Notes: generated by a model not told the origin, from the letters alone. A stretch of DNA of 64,000 bases from Octopus vulgaris (GCA_951406725.2 OX597815.1:184202001-184266000); one strand, 5' to 3'. Positions 1 through 13,808 are shown, counted from the stretch's first letter. Translations and numbers: made by a program.

Positions 1-93
1 GAAGAAGGTTGCTATTGCAATTTCCTCATCAGCATTTGCTCCAAATTTGTTCGTGGATGATCTGCACATCATGTTTTTAAGCTGCCACTTAAC
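1..93 (-). CDS. Candidate internal coding exon (VKWQLKNMMCRSSTNKFGANADEEIAIATFF...), continues beyond the window; product unknown
   Basis: Minus-strand acceptor ...attgccccttag|GTT at 94/93; 31 open codons of non-repetitive sequence up to the window edge; phase 0. Confidence 0.5.
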
Positions 94-916
94 CTAAGGG
101 GCAATGATTTTCCTGTGCGCAGCATTGGTAAAGTATCTGAAAAATAGTGTTTACTTGGACAAATAAAGGTGAACGCAGGAGATGAACGCGAAAGCAATGG
201 TTCAGGCGTACATTTAAGGCTCTCGGTAGCATCTTAATAACTCTCTTTTCCACTCGCTTTCTATGTTTGTGAACGACTGTGTTTGTGTGTATATCTGTGT
301 GTGTGCGCCTGCATTCTTGCGTCTGTGCTATGACTGCAAAACCTATATGTGCCTCCATTAATTTTTCTGTTTATTTTTCTAATTTTTCCGATATATTTTC
401 CTTTTGTATGTGAACTATTCTGTTTGTCAGTATACTTCACTAGTTATTCTTTCTTAAGGGCTACTTTCACTTTCGCAGGGAAGTTTCACATTTCTCTCTC
501 TCTCTCTTATTATTTCTTGAATACTGCCGTTTGAAACCCTACATACTCATCTCCTTTGATGTGTCTAGTTTCCCAAATAGCTTTTCCCGTTTATTCACCC
601 ATCTATATTATTTCACATTTTGATTAAATAAGGTGTACATTTAAGAAAGGATTAATCTTTACACGCAATGTAATAAATCTCCGTTCTTATTTACTTTTTT
701 TTTATTCATCCACTTGTAATTTCTGCTTCTAAGTGCAGATCGATTAGATTACATTTTGCTTTTTACAGTCATCCACCTCGCATTTTCTTCCTTATACACC
801 TTAGGCAATCTGTCAACTACGATCTATTATTAATCATTAGAACTTCTATTCCACGTCAATTTCCTTTTGCTTCATCCAGAATTAAACATCTACCTGCCCT
901 CTATTTTTGTTCCTGT

Positions 917-1009
917 ACACACACACAAGCACAAACACATAATACACACACACATATATATATAGACATGTGCATACATACATATTCATACACACGCACA
1001 CACACACAC

Positions 1010-1066
<57 letters not shown>

Positions 1067-1093
1067 CACACACACACACATATATATATATAT
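917..1093. repeat. Compound (CA)n/(TA)n microsatellite
   Basis: Directly visible dinucleotide arrays. Confidence 0.95.
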
Positions 1094-1208
1094 GCATGCA
1101 TTTGGGTTGTCAATAACCGGTGTATCAACGTCCTATGTTATCTACTTTTGTATTTTCCACTGTTTTCTATTTCAAAATTCATGTCATTAATGCATTTCTA
1201 TTCCGTGA

Positions 1209-1599
1209 CTAGCAGTATCACCCGGTGTTGCTTGGGTTTGTTGCGACCCTTTAGAATTGGAATTTTTGAAAAGTAAAAATTTTGCATTATGTAGCTTGTT
1301 ATTCGCTTTAAGTGAACATTTTCCCGGTTGAGATACATCGAAAAATGGCGACACAGCAGTCAAAAAAATCGTAAGAAATAGGGATTTTCATAGAAAAAAA
1401 GCACTTTTTTGATGTAAATAATTTTTGGTGTTAACATGGTTCGATTTGAATTTGTTCTTCTACGGAAGGAAGAGCAAGCATTCTTCTATCAGATTCTCAA
1501 TTTTGGTCAACTTGCGCCGCAGAGTCCCGGAGGAGATAGTGGTAGTTGAAGGCTAGCAAACCTGCCACACACAGACAACTTCCGCTTTATATATATAGA
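1209..1599 (-). mobile_element. Non-autonomous Helitron, subfamily 2
   Basis: Minus strand reads A|TCTATATATATAAAG...CCCAAGCAACACCGGGTGATACTGCTAG|T: 5' TC, subterminal GC hairpin, 3' CTAG, A/T target; 3' end shared with four other copies. Confidence 0.85.
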
Positions 1600-3060
1600 T
1601 TTCGGTGTTAATACCATATTCCTTAAATTGCTTCAGTTTCGCTCGCAAGGAATTTTATTTTACACTCGCCGCCACGCTATAATCGCATCCATCTTCAACC
1701 AGTCTATCACATATATTGCACAGCAAAATATAATTAGGCAAGATGATACACGTCCAGTTCCATTGAGCATATTTTTCAAGATGGAAATTATAATTAAGAG
1801 AAGTGGCTGAAAGTATAGCTGTGCCAATTCACCTGACCATGTAATTTACTTTACAACTCAGTCATATGTCTGTGTGAACATATATTACCGTTTTATGGTC
1901 GATAACCCTCCGAATTCCTACTAATTTATACAATTGTATTTTTTTCTTCCATAGTAAAAAGGAACGGAGACTATTTTTATCTTTAATCACATTCTACATT
2001 AATATAATTTGTTTTCTGTGAACAAGTCAGCAAAAATAATAAATTGCCGGATTAACTGCGTGTTTAGTTACTTACTCATCTTAAATGTCGTATCTGTTGA
2101 TTTAGTTATTCCTTCCATGAATGCAAACAAAATAAATATTGGTAATAGAGATTGGAGTAGAAATAAGATAACACTGAATTATCAGCAAATACAGTTACCA
2201 ATGACAGGACTTTTGGTTTAGGATCTTTTTTCGACGTTGTAATATAAAAAACAAATGCGATATTTTGTAAACTTTTTCTCATAAAATATCGACGAATTAG
2301 GATGTATTAATAAATGCCTATGCGGATGATCGACTACATTGATCCGCAGTCAAGTAGATGAGAGAAGCGTGTAATGGGAATCATGTTTAGACTGACTTTT
2401 GCTGCTTTCCTTTCTAATGGACCATTCGATCTCGTTTTGAATAGGTAGAACTGAGTAGAGATAAATCTCATACAAACATATCACTCATTCGCTTCTGCTC
2501 CTTAACAAAATCACTGAAAACTTGACAAATGGTCCGGTACTCTACAATATATTCTCCTCGGTATCCAGGATTTGAAAACGGGTTCTCTTGTCGATTTCCT
2601 AGTGAAGTCACAAATATAACTATGTTATAATAAGAAAAAGTATATAGAAAAAGATAAATTAGAAGTTTATTTAAATATAATTTCCATTTTCCCACGCTTG
2701 CCTATTGCAATTAATAAAAGATCAGACATTAAAGTAATGGGGTGATCAGATCAATCTTTGTCAGCGGCGATAACGGCTTTCTTTTGTTTAAAATCGTTGA
2801 CACAAGTGGTTTTAATTTAAACTATATATATATACGATCAAAGACAATACCCAATATGAAAGGCGTAAGACAAAGGGATGAGAGCATTTATGAAGAGATC
2901 ATTATGTGCATTTGTAAATTAGGTGGTAATTATAATTTCCAATAACTATTTAGAAAGATCTAAGAAAAATGCATTAAACACTTTAAAAAGACAAAGCATT
3001 ATCTGAACTAGTTTTATGAATAAATAATGGAATATTTTCTTTTGATGCCAAAACGCGCAT

Positions 3061-3251
3061 TACATACATGCATACATACACACGCACACATATGCATATA
3101 TGTTTGTACGTATATATGTATATATATATAGTTAAATATACATATATATATAGTTTTATATATATATATACATATATACGTACATATATAGTTATATATA
3201 TATATACAGACATATATAGTTATATATATACATATATGCACTCAGTATATA

Positions 3252-3282
<31 letters not shown>

Positions 3283-3340
3283 GCATACACACAGGCATGT
3301 ACGTGTGTATGTATGTATGTGTCTATATATATATGTATAT
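3061..3340. repeat. Degenerate (TA)n/(CATA)n microsatellite
   Basis: Direct observation. Confidence 0.9.
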
Positions 3341-3602
3341 TTTAATTATCATAAGTGAATAAATTAGAGATCATTTCATCAGTTGGAAGATATCAAGATA
3401 CGAAACCGATTGTAGCGCTGTGTTTATTCGTTAAAGAATTATGCCTCAAATAATACGAAAATTCAACATAAGTTATAAAGAATAAGTAACAGAAAGATAA
3501 GAGTGATTGGGTGAAGCTGTAAAAATCAAAATTACAGAAGGGAAAACGAATAACAATAACGAATGAAAGTAAGAAATATGAATTAAAAAAACGAAGCCAA
3601 TT

Positions 3603-3604
<2 letters not shown>

Positions 3605-3639
<35 letters not shown>

Positions 3640-3646
3640 AGAGAGA

Positions 3647-3684
<38 letters not shown>

Positions 3685-3694
3685 AAGCGAGAGA
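3605..3694. repeat. (TA)n-(GA)n microsatellite
   Basis: Direct observation. Confidence 0.95.
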
Positions 3695-4069
3695 TACATA
3701 CATATCGACATTGACACAAATTCGCGTAACTCATATATGAATACTCATATATTGACATAGAAATAAAGGATTGAATGCATGAAGATTATTTGAAAAAAAT
3801 TAAGCAAAAATTAGACATAAATGAGATGAACTGGAAAAAGAAAACATAAACCGGAGGAATAAGAAAAGGAATGAAGTACCAAATGGTTAGAAATATTAGG
3901 ATTATCATATTACTGGTTTGGTGGATCGTAAGTTCATTGGAGACAAAGTATGTCCGCAGAGATTTTTCCGACTTCATTGAAATTTTGATAAACAATGATA
4001 ATATGAACCTACCATCGCCTACGAAGTTAAAGCTAATTCATGAAGTTCAATTCTGGTGCATTTAAATAC

Positions 4070-4119
4070 CTTCGTGGATGTCACCAAAAGATGGATAGCT
4101 TCCGCCAGTCTAACAGAAG
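4070..4119 (-). CDS. Candidate 50-nt coding exon (xSVRLAEAIHLLVTSTK)
   Basis: Acceptor tatctttgtag|CT and donor AAG|gtattt; enters in phase 1, exits in phase 0, compatible with candidate exons 44037-44070 and 1-93. Confidence 0.4.
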
Positions 4120-6272
4120 CTACAAAGATACATTTGTATGCAGGTGGAACGTTTGACCACAAGAATCCAACTCGGTGTAGGGCTGAGTAAGATTCAAAGA
4201 CATAGTAATAAACTACAATTCGCTATTTACATGACTCTTACAATCGCTGTTAATTTCGAGCAGAAGGAATTTGGAGTATTTAAAACATTTATGGTGCTGA
4301 CTTTTAATGGTTTGTTATACAATTACAACGAAGATCATATATTAGGATTTCATGCAAGTACGATTGATTATTTTCCCGCGCGGAAGATGTCACTAGAATG
4401 CTTTAAACTAAGAAGCCGAAACAAATTTCCTGTTTGTTAATATGCATTTTATTGCATGTCAGTTGATACCTTTGAAATAAAACCATTATAGGGTGACGTC
4501 AGTAGATGACATAGATGAGAAGGATTTATCTACATAATTTTATTGGGATTTACACCACCACAAGATATTCATTTATAGTATGTGTGTATGTTTTGGTGGC
4601 AGCTATGTATTTAAGCATCAGGATTACGCAGTATCAACAAAAGTGTACGAAACATCTAAACTTCAGCGAACCATTCCCAAATCATGTCGAACAGCCATCT
4701 CAGATTATATTATGCTGAGGAATCTAAGCTGTATTAATATAATTATCCGGTAACTATATTATTCTGATATTACGATTGGTACATTATTGCCAGGGTAAAT
4801 GTTTATGATCATATCAATTTCAGATCGATTTTACATTGGTAATAAATACTCAATCTTTTGTTGCAATACAAACAATACGTCAGCGCGTAGGAAAAAATGT
4901 TTGCTCTATTTATTCCATATGATTAAGACCCACTAAGGGCAACTTAGCCTTTCGCCTATTCGAGTTCAATATAATAAGCATAGATAAGGGGCGGGATCTA
5001 TGGTACAGACATAAACACACGATTCAAAATTCCTGGTCTCGTGTGTAAATCATAATTCATTTTGTATTGAGTATACGTTCATGTTATCGATTGCAGCCGT
5101 TATTCCATTGCAGATTTAACATGTTATATACAAATGTATATTTGATTTCAACAGTTGTTAATTTTTTTTTATTTAACATTTGTTAAATAAATATGATTGA
5201 TTCAGTGATCATTCTATACATCCATTCTGAAAAGTACCGTTAACACAGAGATAGCATAAATGTAAACATCAAGAATATTAACATTTATTAACTAGAAATT
5301 TCATTACAAGATCTTTATTGGGCCGTCAGTAGTCATCAATAATCAACTGCAATATGCTCTATTAGATATATCCTGAAACCAACAGTAAATTAATTTCTTC
5401 CTCTAAAACAGTCAGTTATGTGAAGCAGTATAAAATAAACTTAACTATATTTTCAGAAAATCAAATGAATTATAGAAAGAAAATGTCTATCAAAACTTAC
5501 TGAGGTACACATACATAAAAATTTATCTAGTATAAGTTGTAAATTTCCAAAAGATTGCATGCCATGACTAGAAACCTTACATTTTTAGAAACGCTTGTAA
5601 CTTGGTGCTAAAATTTTAGGTAGATTTGCTACAGAATTCTACATCGCGCGCTCCTCTTGACGTGTAAACGGATTCCCATGGGTAAGACTTTTAGATTATC
5701 AAGTGTTTCGAATCTATGCCCACATGATTGATCATGCGTCGATGCATGTCCTTATAATTGTAAATAAGAATTGACGATTATAAACCGTATATATACCCGA
5801 TATTACAATATGCACACCAACCATATATGAGAGGTGACTAAACAGTTTCACTTGCTCCAGTTGGCCATTTGATGCGTATAAATGGAACCGAATTGAGCAC
5901 CTGTATTACCCTTTTCTTCCTGAAGGTAGTTTAAACGTGAGCGCGTATTATTGAACTAAATGTCGCTTCGCCTAGTGCAAGTGAGCACGTTTAAAACACA
6001 TGAAGAGAAACGTCTCTGTATTACAGCACGACTTAGACATGTCCTTATGCAGCAATTATCAAAGCATAAGCAGTTGCAATCTTAATAGCACTGTGGAAAG
6101 TAACTTGGGACTGTTTATATTAATTTGTATAAAAGCTTAAAGTTAAGCTTAAAACCACTATCTCTTGGTGTGTCTAGAATATTAATGAAATATAAAAAGT
6201 AAAATGTATAGCGATGGTAATAGCGCAGAGTAGAAAGTAACTTGAGACTGTTCATATTAATACCTACATCGA

Positions 6273-6680
6273 GGCGGCGGCGAGCTGGCAGAAACGTTAG
6301 CACGCCGGGCGAAATGCGTAGCCGTATTTCGTCTACCTCTACGTTCAGAGTTCAAATTCTGCCGCGGTCGACTTTACTTTTCATCCTTTCGGGGTCGACA
6401 AATTAAGTACCAGATACGCACTGGGATCGATGAAACTGACTTAATCCCTTTGTCTGTCCTTATTTGTCCACTCTATGTTTAGCCACTTATGGGTAGTAAA
6501 GAAATAGAAATAGGTATTTCGTCTGTCTCTACGTTCTGAGTTTAAATCCCGTCAGGGTTGATTTTGCCTTTCATCCTTTCGGGGTCGATTAACTAAGTAC
6601 CAGTTCCGTACTGGAGTCGATCTCATCGACTGACCCATTCCCTTCAAAGATTTCGGCCCTTGTGCCTAGAGTAGAAAAGA
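6273..6680 (+). mobile_element. SINE family A (tRNA-derived head, Nin/Deu-like core), dimeric
   Basis: Head GGCGGCGAGCTGGCAGAA...GAGTTCAAATTC (pol III A/B-box like); core CCTTTCATCCTTTCGGGGTCGA present twice; 16-bp TSD atatt(a/g)atacctacat at 6254-6269 and 6681-6696. Confidence 0.9.
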
Positions 6681-7209
6681 ATATTGATACCTACATAAAT
6701 TTATATTAAATTAATGAACTATAAAGAGTACAAAGATTTTCTCCAAGTGAAATTATTTCATCATAGATCTTACCAACTTCTCACTTTGTTAAAAAGTCGA
6801 AATGAGCATCTATAGATTTATTATTTTCTATGTACATTAAAGTTTAAAATATTCAAAGGCCAGAATGTAATCAACTTCTTGGATGCTGGTTGCATTTATT
6901 CACAGCTATTTTACACATCTTGTACTCTTAATTATACATATTCTATTTCATTTACAACTAATATTGTTACTTTTGCTGGTATATGTGGGAGACTTCGATC
7001 TTAAATGTTTGTTCGGATCTTTCTCGACCAATCGCAGTCCATCTGCCGGTAATAGTATCCGATCTGACTTTCTCCAACTGATTTCTCATTCAAATTTTCA
7101 TTGGCTGAGGATAAGCATCATGCTATGAAGTGCCACGGAGTTTGACACATCCATCCATCCATACATACATACACACATAAAAACACAAACACACATACAT
7201 ACATATATA

Positions 7210-7745
7210 CCACAAGACCCCTTTGAATAAACAGCACATGGAATTTATGTCCCCTCACTATCCACTATCCGAATCTACATACCATGGACAAGAAGTCTCT
7301 CAACCCATTCTACACAACAATTTCCTTGGATAATGGAACTGCAACTATAACATCCTACATATATTTTAACTTTTATTTTTATTCCTTTATTTCCCTTTAT
7401 ACTTCCTAACATTCTTTTCCAAAATAACTCCTTATAATGAACTCTACTATTTCCCTCTAGTTAATTCTCTCATATCGTCTCTGATGAAGGGATATTCCTA
7501 ATATCCCAGAAACAGCTGTAAGATTAACTTTCTCTTCAGAATGTGTAGCGACGGTAATAGCACAGGATAGAAAGTATCTTGAGGCGGCGAGCTGGCAGAA
7601 TCGTTAGCACGCCGGGCGAAATGCTTAGCGGTATTTCGTCTGTATTTACCGTCTGAGTTCAAATTCCACTGAGGTCGACTTCGTCTTTTATCATTTCGAG
7701 GTCAATAAATTTCATACAGCCTTGGCTTTGCTTTCTCATTTTATT
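7210..7745 (+). mobile_element. Penelope-like pLTR/3' fragment with hammerhead motif, interrupted by a SINE A fragment (7583-7710)
   Basis: Hammerhead at 7478-7523; downstream sequence similar to 36799-36905; flanked by CA/TA microsatellites. Confidence 0.55.
7478..7523 (+). ncRNA. Minimal type I hammerhead ribozyme motif
   Basis: tct-CTGATGA-a-gggatatt/cct/aatatccc-a-GAAA-cagctg-TA-aga: canonical core, 8-bp stem II, palindromic stem III, GUA cleavage triplet. Confidence 0.8.
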
Positions 7746-8880
7746 TAAGACACACACATATGTGTGTGTGTATGATGGCTACTTTTCTCTCGATCGATCC
7801 ATCATTCCATCTATCCACTTCTATCTCACACTAATCACCCATCCATCCATCCATCCATCCATCCATCTATCCATCTGCTCAGAATGACATACACACATTA
7901 ACACATACTAACAATTTAAAAGACATACACACAAACACACACAACCATAAACTACACACGCACACAAACACACACACATGACCAAGAGCTAAATAAGGAA
8001 TCCACATTTGAAGCCATAGTTGTATTACCAGACAGGAATAACAGCCAAAATATCCTTCATATTAAACATATTAACTTACATAAAAGTCTCATATTGCCAT
8101 CTCAAATTCAATAATATCTAAGAAAAATACGAGATCACTACAGAAGGAAGGACTTTGATCAGAAGTGTTCTGATCAAGTTTGATCCAAAGTTAAACTCTT
8201 GCAACATATCTGCATCTGGTTAAATGTCACACCATCTTATTAACCTCCATTTTATACAAATATTTACAATATTTATATATTTACTCTACCTTTAACGAAC
8301 CACTCTAAATGTTGTGATGACCTTGTGTTATGTGTTTACTTGCGAAAGTTTAGACAAATACTCTCATCATATTTTGAATGTTATTCCGAAATATTATACT
8401 TAAATGTTTAGAAGATGTTTTATGATTAACCTCTCGTGCATAATAACTTAAAAGCGGTAACTTTATCTCCTTATCTGATATTTATTTTCGATAATGTACT
8501 AAGAACAGTTTGTCTGTTACATTATTGTTTATGAAGAGTGATAGATTTTCTAAAATACTTTCCAAAACTCGATGAAGTATTACATTCTTCTTTGTTACTT
8601 GAGATCAATCTCCGTCACGAAAGCGTGTCATCCAAGGTATTCTAAATGTGCCTGTCTCGACATTTCACAGACAATTTATTCGAGATTACATGGTCAATTT
8701 ATGCTGTCTTTCATTTCCAAGACGCTATTGTGTCCAGCTGTTCGCTACACTTATTGTCACCATTCAAAATTGGCGATAAATTGATGCAAGTTCTATAAAA
8801 TGTTCTAATTTAACTACATTATAAAGAAACTAAATTAATGAAAGTGTTTTATGCTGCAATACGAAGCAAATGCGCACGCA

Positions 8881-8957
8881 TATCTATCTGTCTGTCTGTC
8901 TGTCTGTCCCTCCGTCCGTCCCTCCGTCCATCCCTCCGTCCGTCCTTCCGTCCGTCC

Positions 8958-8999
<42 letters not shown>

Positions 9000-9036
9000 A
9001 TATCTGTCTGTCTATCTATCTATATATCTATCTGTA

Positions 9037-9089
<53 letters not shown>

Positions 9090-9178
9090 GTCTGTATCTA
9101 TCTATCTATCTATCTGTCTGTATGTCTGTCTGTCTGTCTGTCTGTCTATCAATGTATCTGTCTGTCTTCATATCTATC
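8881..9178. repeat. Compound tetranucleotide microsatellite (TCTG/TCCG/TCTA)n
   Basis: Direct observation. Confidence 0.95.
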
Positions 9179-9209
9179 GACAAACGCGCTCAAACAGACA
9201 AACCACATA

Positions 9210-9586
9210 CACTACCGTCAGAAATTAATTAGCACCCTTGATTTGCTCTTCACTCAAGGTATGTGCTGTCACCTAGTGGCCATATCTCGAACTATTGCTT
9301 TGTTGCAAGTTCACTGTTGCGCAGAACGATGACGTAACTTTGTTTGCAGAGCAGTTTGAGAGTCTACAGCCTTATGATGTTGACATAGTGCAACAACAAC
9401 TTGGAGTGCGGATGCAGACAAATCTTCCTTTGTTTAATAGATATAGGTAGCGCCTCGCAAGGACCGAAATCACACCATACTAAGTTTTCTCATCGCGTAA
9501 GACGTTTTGAACAGCTCATAGGTTAATTGATTTAACCTATTTAATGTAGAAATTTGAGAAGTGCTAATTAATTTCTGACGCAAGTG
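9210..9586. mobile_element. Tc1/mariner-type MITE
   Basis: About 26-bp TIRs CACT(ac/tg)CGTCAGAAATTAATTAGCAC, flanked by TA on both sides. Confidence 0.85.
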
Positions 9587-9751
9587 TACACAGGTACGCG
9601 CGTATTAATAATATGTACAATCCCACTTATTCATTTTGTTTACCAATCGATATTTCTTGGCGACTCTTTTAAGATGAATCCCCATTTGGTGTGGCTTTGT
9701 CTCTCATATTAGGTACACTGCAGGGAGTTTTTTATATATCCATGAAGTGTA

Positions 9752-9790
9752 CCCTAACCCTAACCCTAACCCTAACCCTAACCCTAACCC
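9752..9790. repeat. Interstitial telomeric-type repeat (CCCTAA)6.5
   Basis: Perfect CCCTAA array. Confidence 0.95.
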
Positions 9791-11577
9791 GATGCTCGAC
9801 TATGGCACGTGACTTATAGCCGTTAGCTGAATTAATCCCCAGCAACAATGATATATCGAGCTTTAGCAATTTTAAAGCCTAGAATCGAAGATTTTCTCCT
9901 CGTAATATCTTCTTCCTGGCCAGTTCTTTCTAAAAAAAGCTCGTTAAGTCTACAGTAAAGTGATTTATTGTGTTATGTAGCCAAACTCCTCTTCTATATC
10001 TTGAAATTTTTTCGGAATCAAATTTGTTGCTTCTCTATTAGAACTTGTGGCTTCTACTTGCATGTTTTCATTATGCCAACCTTCTTGTTTTGGTTTTAAT
10101 AGCAATAAAACCAGGCATTGTTTACAGTAAAGTTTTCTTTACAATCGCTTTCTTTGTTGTCTTTAAGCCTCATAAAGTGAACGTTTTAGAACCATTAACC
10201 AACCTGCATCAAGCGAACACAAAATCGTTGCGTTTGATCGCAAGTCTAATTTCAGGAATTCTTTTTTTATGCGACGGACAGGTGTGACCTGTTCTTTAAA
10301 ATGTATCGTTATAGATCGCAAGATTTCTTTTATATATTAAAATCGATGCTACAGTTGATTGATCCATACAATAATTTGAAAAATATATTTCTAAAGGCTG
10401 ATCCATCTTTCCTGACCATGTTATTCGGTGTCTGAATTTATTGTTTTCAGTATCTTTCTAAACGCAATGGAAATTGTCGCCGTAGGCCCTTTTCACTGTT
10501 TAGTTGACAAATTAAAAATAATTTACATAAATAGGCTGTAATCTATAGCTAGATATAGTGAAACATTTTGATATTAACTATAAACATTTTTATAAGAAAT
10601 ACATTATAAAGAATTATTATTATTATGGCAATAAAATACAATACAGACATTTTCAAGAAGAAAATAGCGATATTCTATAACGATCATCCAAAAATAAACT
10701 GCTTATGAGCTAACATCTCAATTTTATTTAATAACACCGTAAACAGCAATTTGATTCAGTTTTAGTCTAGCCGGGATAAAACACGACTTAAAGGCTAATG
10801 TGTTTTATGTTCTGTATTATCAGAGTAGACTGCAGGAATCCAACTAGTCATCATATTCACCTCAACTGTAACAATTGCTATGGATATTCCGAAAATGCCA
10901 AATGAAATTAGTTCTACATTTGTGAGTAATTTCTGCACGAATCGACTAAGGATAATTTCAAATCTACAAATAGGAGAAATGTAGCCAGAACATGCTAAAT
11001 TATTTTAAAATGAAGTAGATACCCAGCTATATGCTGGGTGGTAATTTTCATTAGCAATGTGCTGTTAAAATACGCTAGATCTAACTCGAAATGAAATTAG
11101 CATGAATGAAAGGATGTATTAATGTATGACTTTCAAGACTAACAGACAGAATATGAACAATACAATACACACACACACACACGCACACACACACGCACAC
11201 ACACACGCGCACACACACACACACAGACTCATGACAATGCAAACTACCTGAGAATTTGTATGGGTGAAGAAACACCTCCACACACATTGCCGAATTGAAT
11301 TGTCATAATTGAAATTCTAATGCAAATATCATGTTAGTAATTTTTATGCGCAATTTGTGATTACATTTTAAATTTTATTGCTTCAAAACTTATTTTTAAA
11401 CGAGATATTGCTGAGCAGGAGAAATATTTTGGAATAGACACACGCACGCACACACACATACACGCGCGCTCGCACACACAGACGCACGCATACAAGCGCA
11501 CACACACAAAGGCGCACTCGATAACACACATAGGTATGTGAGTAGTGTATATATCTATGTATGTATACAGACGCATG

Positions 11578-11905
11578 CGTGCCAGTGTGGTGAGATGTCC
11601 CTCCCCAACCACATGGGTAACGGTTTCAGTAGTTCAACTGCATTGCATCTTGGACAAATATCTCTAACCAAAGCCTTGGGGCTATCAAACCTTGTGAGCG
11701 GATTTGAATGATAGAAACCGAAAGAAGCCCGCCGCATATATGTATATATTTGTGTATCTGTGTTTGTCTTACCTACTGGCACTTGATAACAGATAGAATA
11801 TGTGCCCGGCTTACAAAGAATAAGTCCTGGAATCAATTTGTTCGACTAAAGGCGTTGCTCCAGCATAGTCGCAGTCAAATGAGAGAAACAAGTAAAAGAA
11901 TAAAA

Positions 11906-11906
<1 letters not shown>
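11578..11906 (+). mobile_element. SINE family B, diverged copy
   Basis: Similar to intact copy 30958-31392, with tail ...CTCCAGCATAGTCGCAGTCAAATGAGAGAAACAAGTAAAAG. Confidence 0.8.
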
Positions 11907-11944
<38 letters not shown>

Positions 11945-12080
11945 TAAATAAATGGCACAACGAAGTACCGATATTTACTGGAAAATAGCGAAAGTAATAA
12001 ATACTTACTTTTATGTATAATTTTACCCTCACGGGCTATCCTTTACTGGAAAGCAATACTCTCGTATTGCATTACTATTT

Positions 12081-12143
<63 letters not shown>

Positions 12144-12706
12144 TGAATTGTAGTAAGAAAAGAAGAGAATTACTCGCACTACATAGAATCACATAGACAG
12201 GAACATTAATGTACTAAAAATACACAACGGCACTCACACAATTGAATACATTTATACATATTAATATACATACACACCACACTGAAACAAATGTAGACAC
12301 ACAAGCATACATGTCTATAAAGACATAAGTATCCGTATGAATCCGGGTTTGCTTTACCTCAATGTGTACCTTATATTATTGTAAGTAGGTAGTTCTGACG
12401 TCGTAAATGGTAATGTGTTTCGATTCTAATCAATCTTATAACTAATGAATCACTACATACACACAAACACACGCGCGCGCACACACAGACGTACGCAGAA
12501 TGTGAATAACGGTTGGGCAATGATATGTATGTTCCAAGCCGAAAGAGGAAGGTTAAAATTTCGGGTAAAATTTTGGGTAAAAGTTTTGCTATATTGTAAG
12601 AGCTGGAAATTATAAAAAACATTCCATGTTGATTAGTGAGCGCGTGTACAAAAAACAATTCCCACTGTGGATCTAGTAAAACATTATTATTATTACATTT
12701 CGTTTA

Positions 12707-13195
12707 CCATAAATCCTCGAGTATAATACGCAGGGAATTTTTAGGGGGCTGTACGTTTAAAAAACCTAAACCATGTGTACAATACGCACTCCTTCTCTAA
12801 CTTGAGTCAAAGTGTCTATATAACGTCCTTGGTATGTAAAAATGTATACGGTAACATCCTTTATTATTATTGTATATATAACATAATGCAAACGTGTACC
12901 TTTTCTGTGTCATTTGTTTGCAGAAAATAAAGAAATAACAATAATAACATTTAATAAATGTTGCTTATTGCAAGTTATGAATGATTCCTTTATGACTTCA
13001 TTGCTTTCAGGGTTAGCTTAAGGTATTTTCGTATTTTCATAAAATGCGTCTGAATAAACATAGCCGGACAGTAAATTGAGACTCAGACATTGTTTAGAAA
13101 ATAATTTTCATTTTTAACCTCGTATATAGTACGCACTAGGGATTTTGACCTTTAAAGTTTGGGAAAAAATGCGGATTATACTCGAGGATTTACGG
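12707..13195. mobile_element. pogo/Tigger-like MITE
   Basis: TIRs CC(a/g)TAAATCCTCGAGTATAAT(a/c)CGCA with TA TSD; internal subterminal GTA.AATACGCAC-like repeats. Confidence 0.85.
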
Positions 13196-13680
13196 TATTT
13201 GTTAAAGTTATTCCATCACATCCTGCGACTTCATCTACAACTTTCCGTCTCACGCGTTTCCTCTTGTCCTACCTAAAAATGGAATAGCCAGGACCAGAGG
13301 AGACACGTGCGACAAGAAGTCGTTGAATAAGTCACAATATGTGTGGCGAAAGGATTTCAACTAATCTTGTACAATACTATCTCTTTAGTTGTAGATGAAG
13401 GGGAAAATTAAAAGAAAATATTTCTAAAGAGGTTTCCTGTAAAACTGGCCACATTGAGTGCTTACTTAGGATTAGCATACGTTGAAAGTTATACATACAT
13501 ATACAAATAGATATGTATGCGTGCGTGAATCCTGTTAGTTCCAAAACAAACGCATGTCCATACTCATGTGTGTTTGTGTCTGTGTATTGTGTTTGTGAAT
13601 TTCAGAAAGTCCATTATCGTATAACTTATCTTTCTCTGTACAAATGTGCGTCTATGCCTGTGTGTCTATGTGCGTGTATT

Positions 13681-13681
<1 letters not shown>

Positions 13682-13723
<42 letters not shown>

Positions 13724-13758
13724 CTATAAATATATATATATATATATACATATAAATA

Positions 13759-13794
<36 letters not shown>

Positions 13795-13808
13795 CTATAA
13801 ATATACAT

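Noticed and set aside
5640-5690. Plus-strand ATGG|gtaaga as a first exon
   Set aside because: No supporting downstream exon found; isolated donor-like motifs are expected by chance
11020-11040. cccagc-tatat-gctggg hairpin as a Helitron 3' end
   Set aside because: No properly placed CTAG terminus and no matching 5' end
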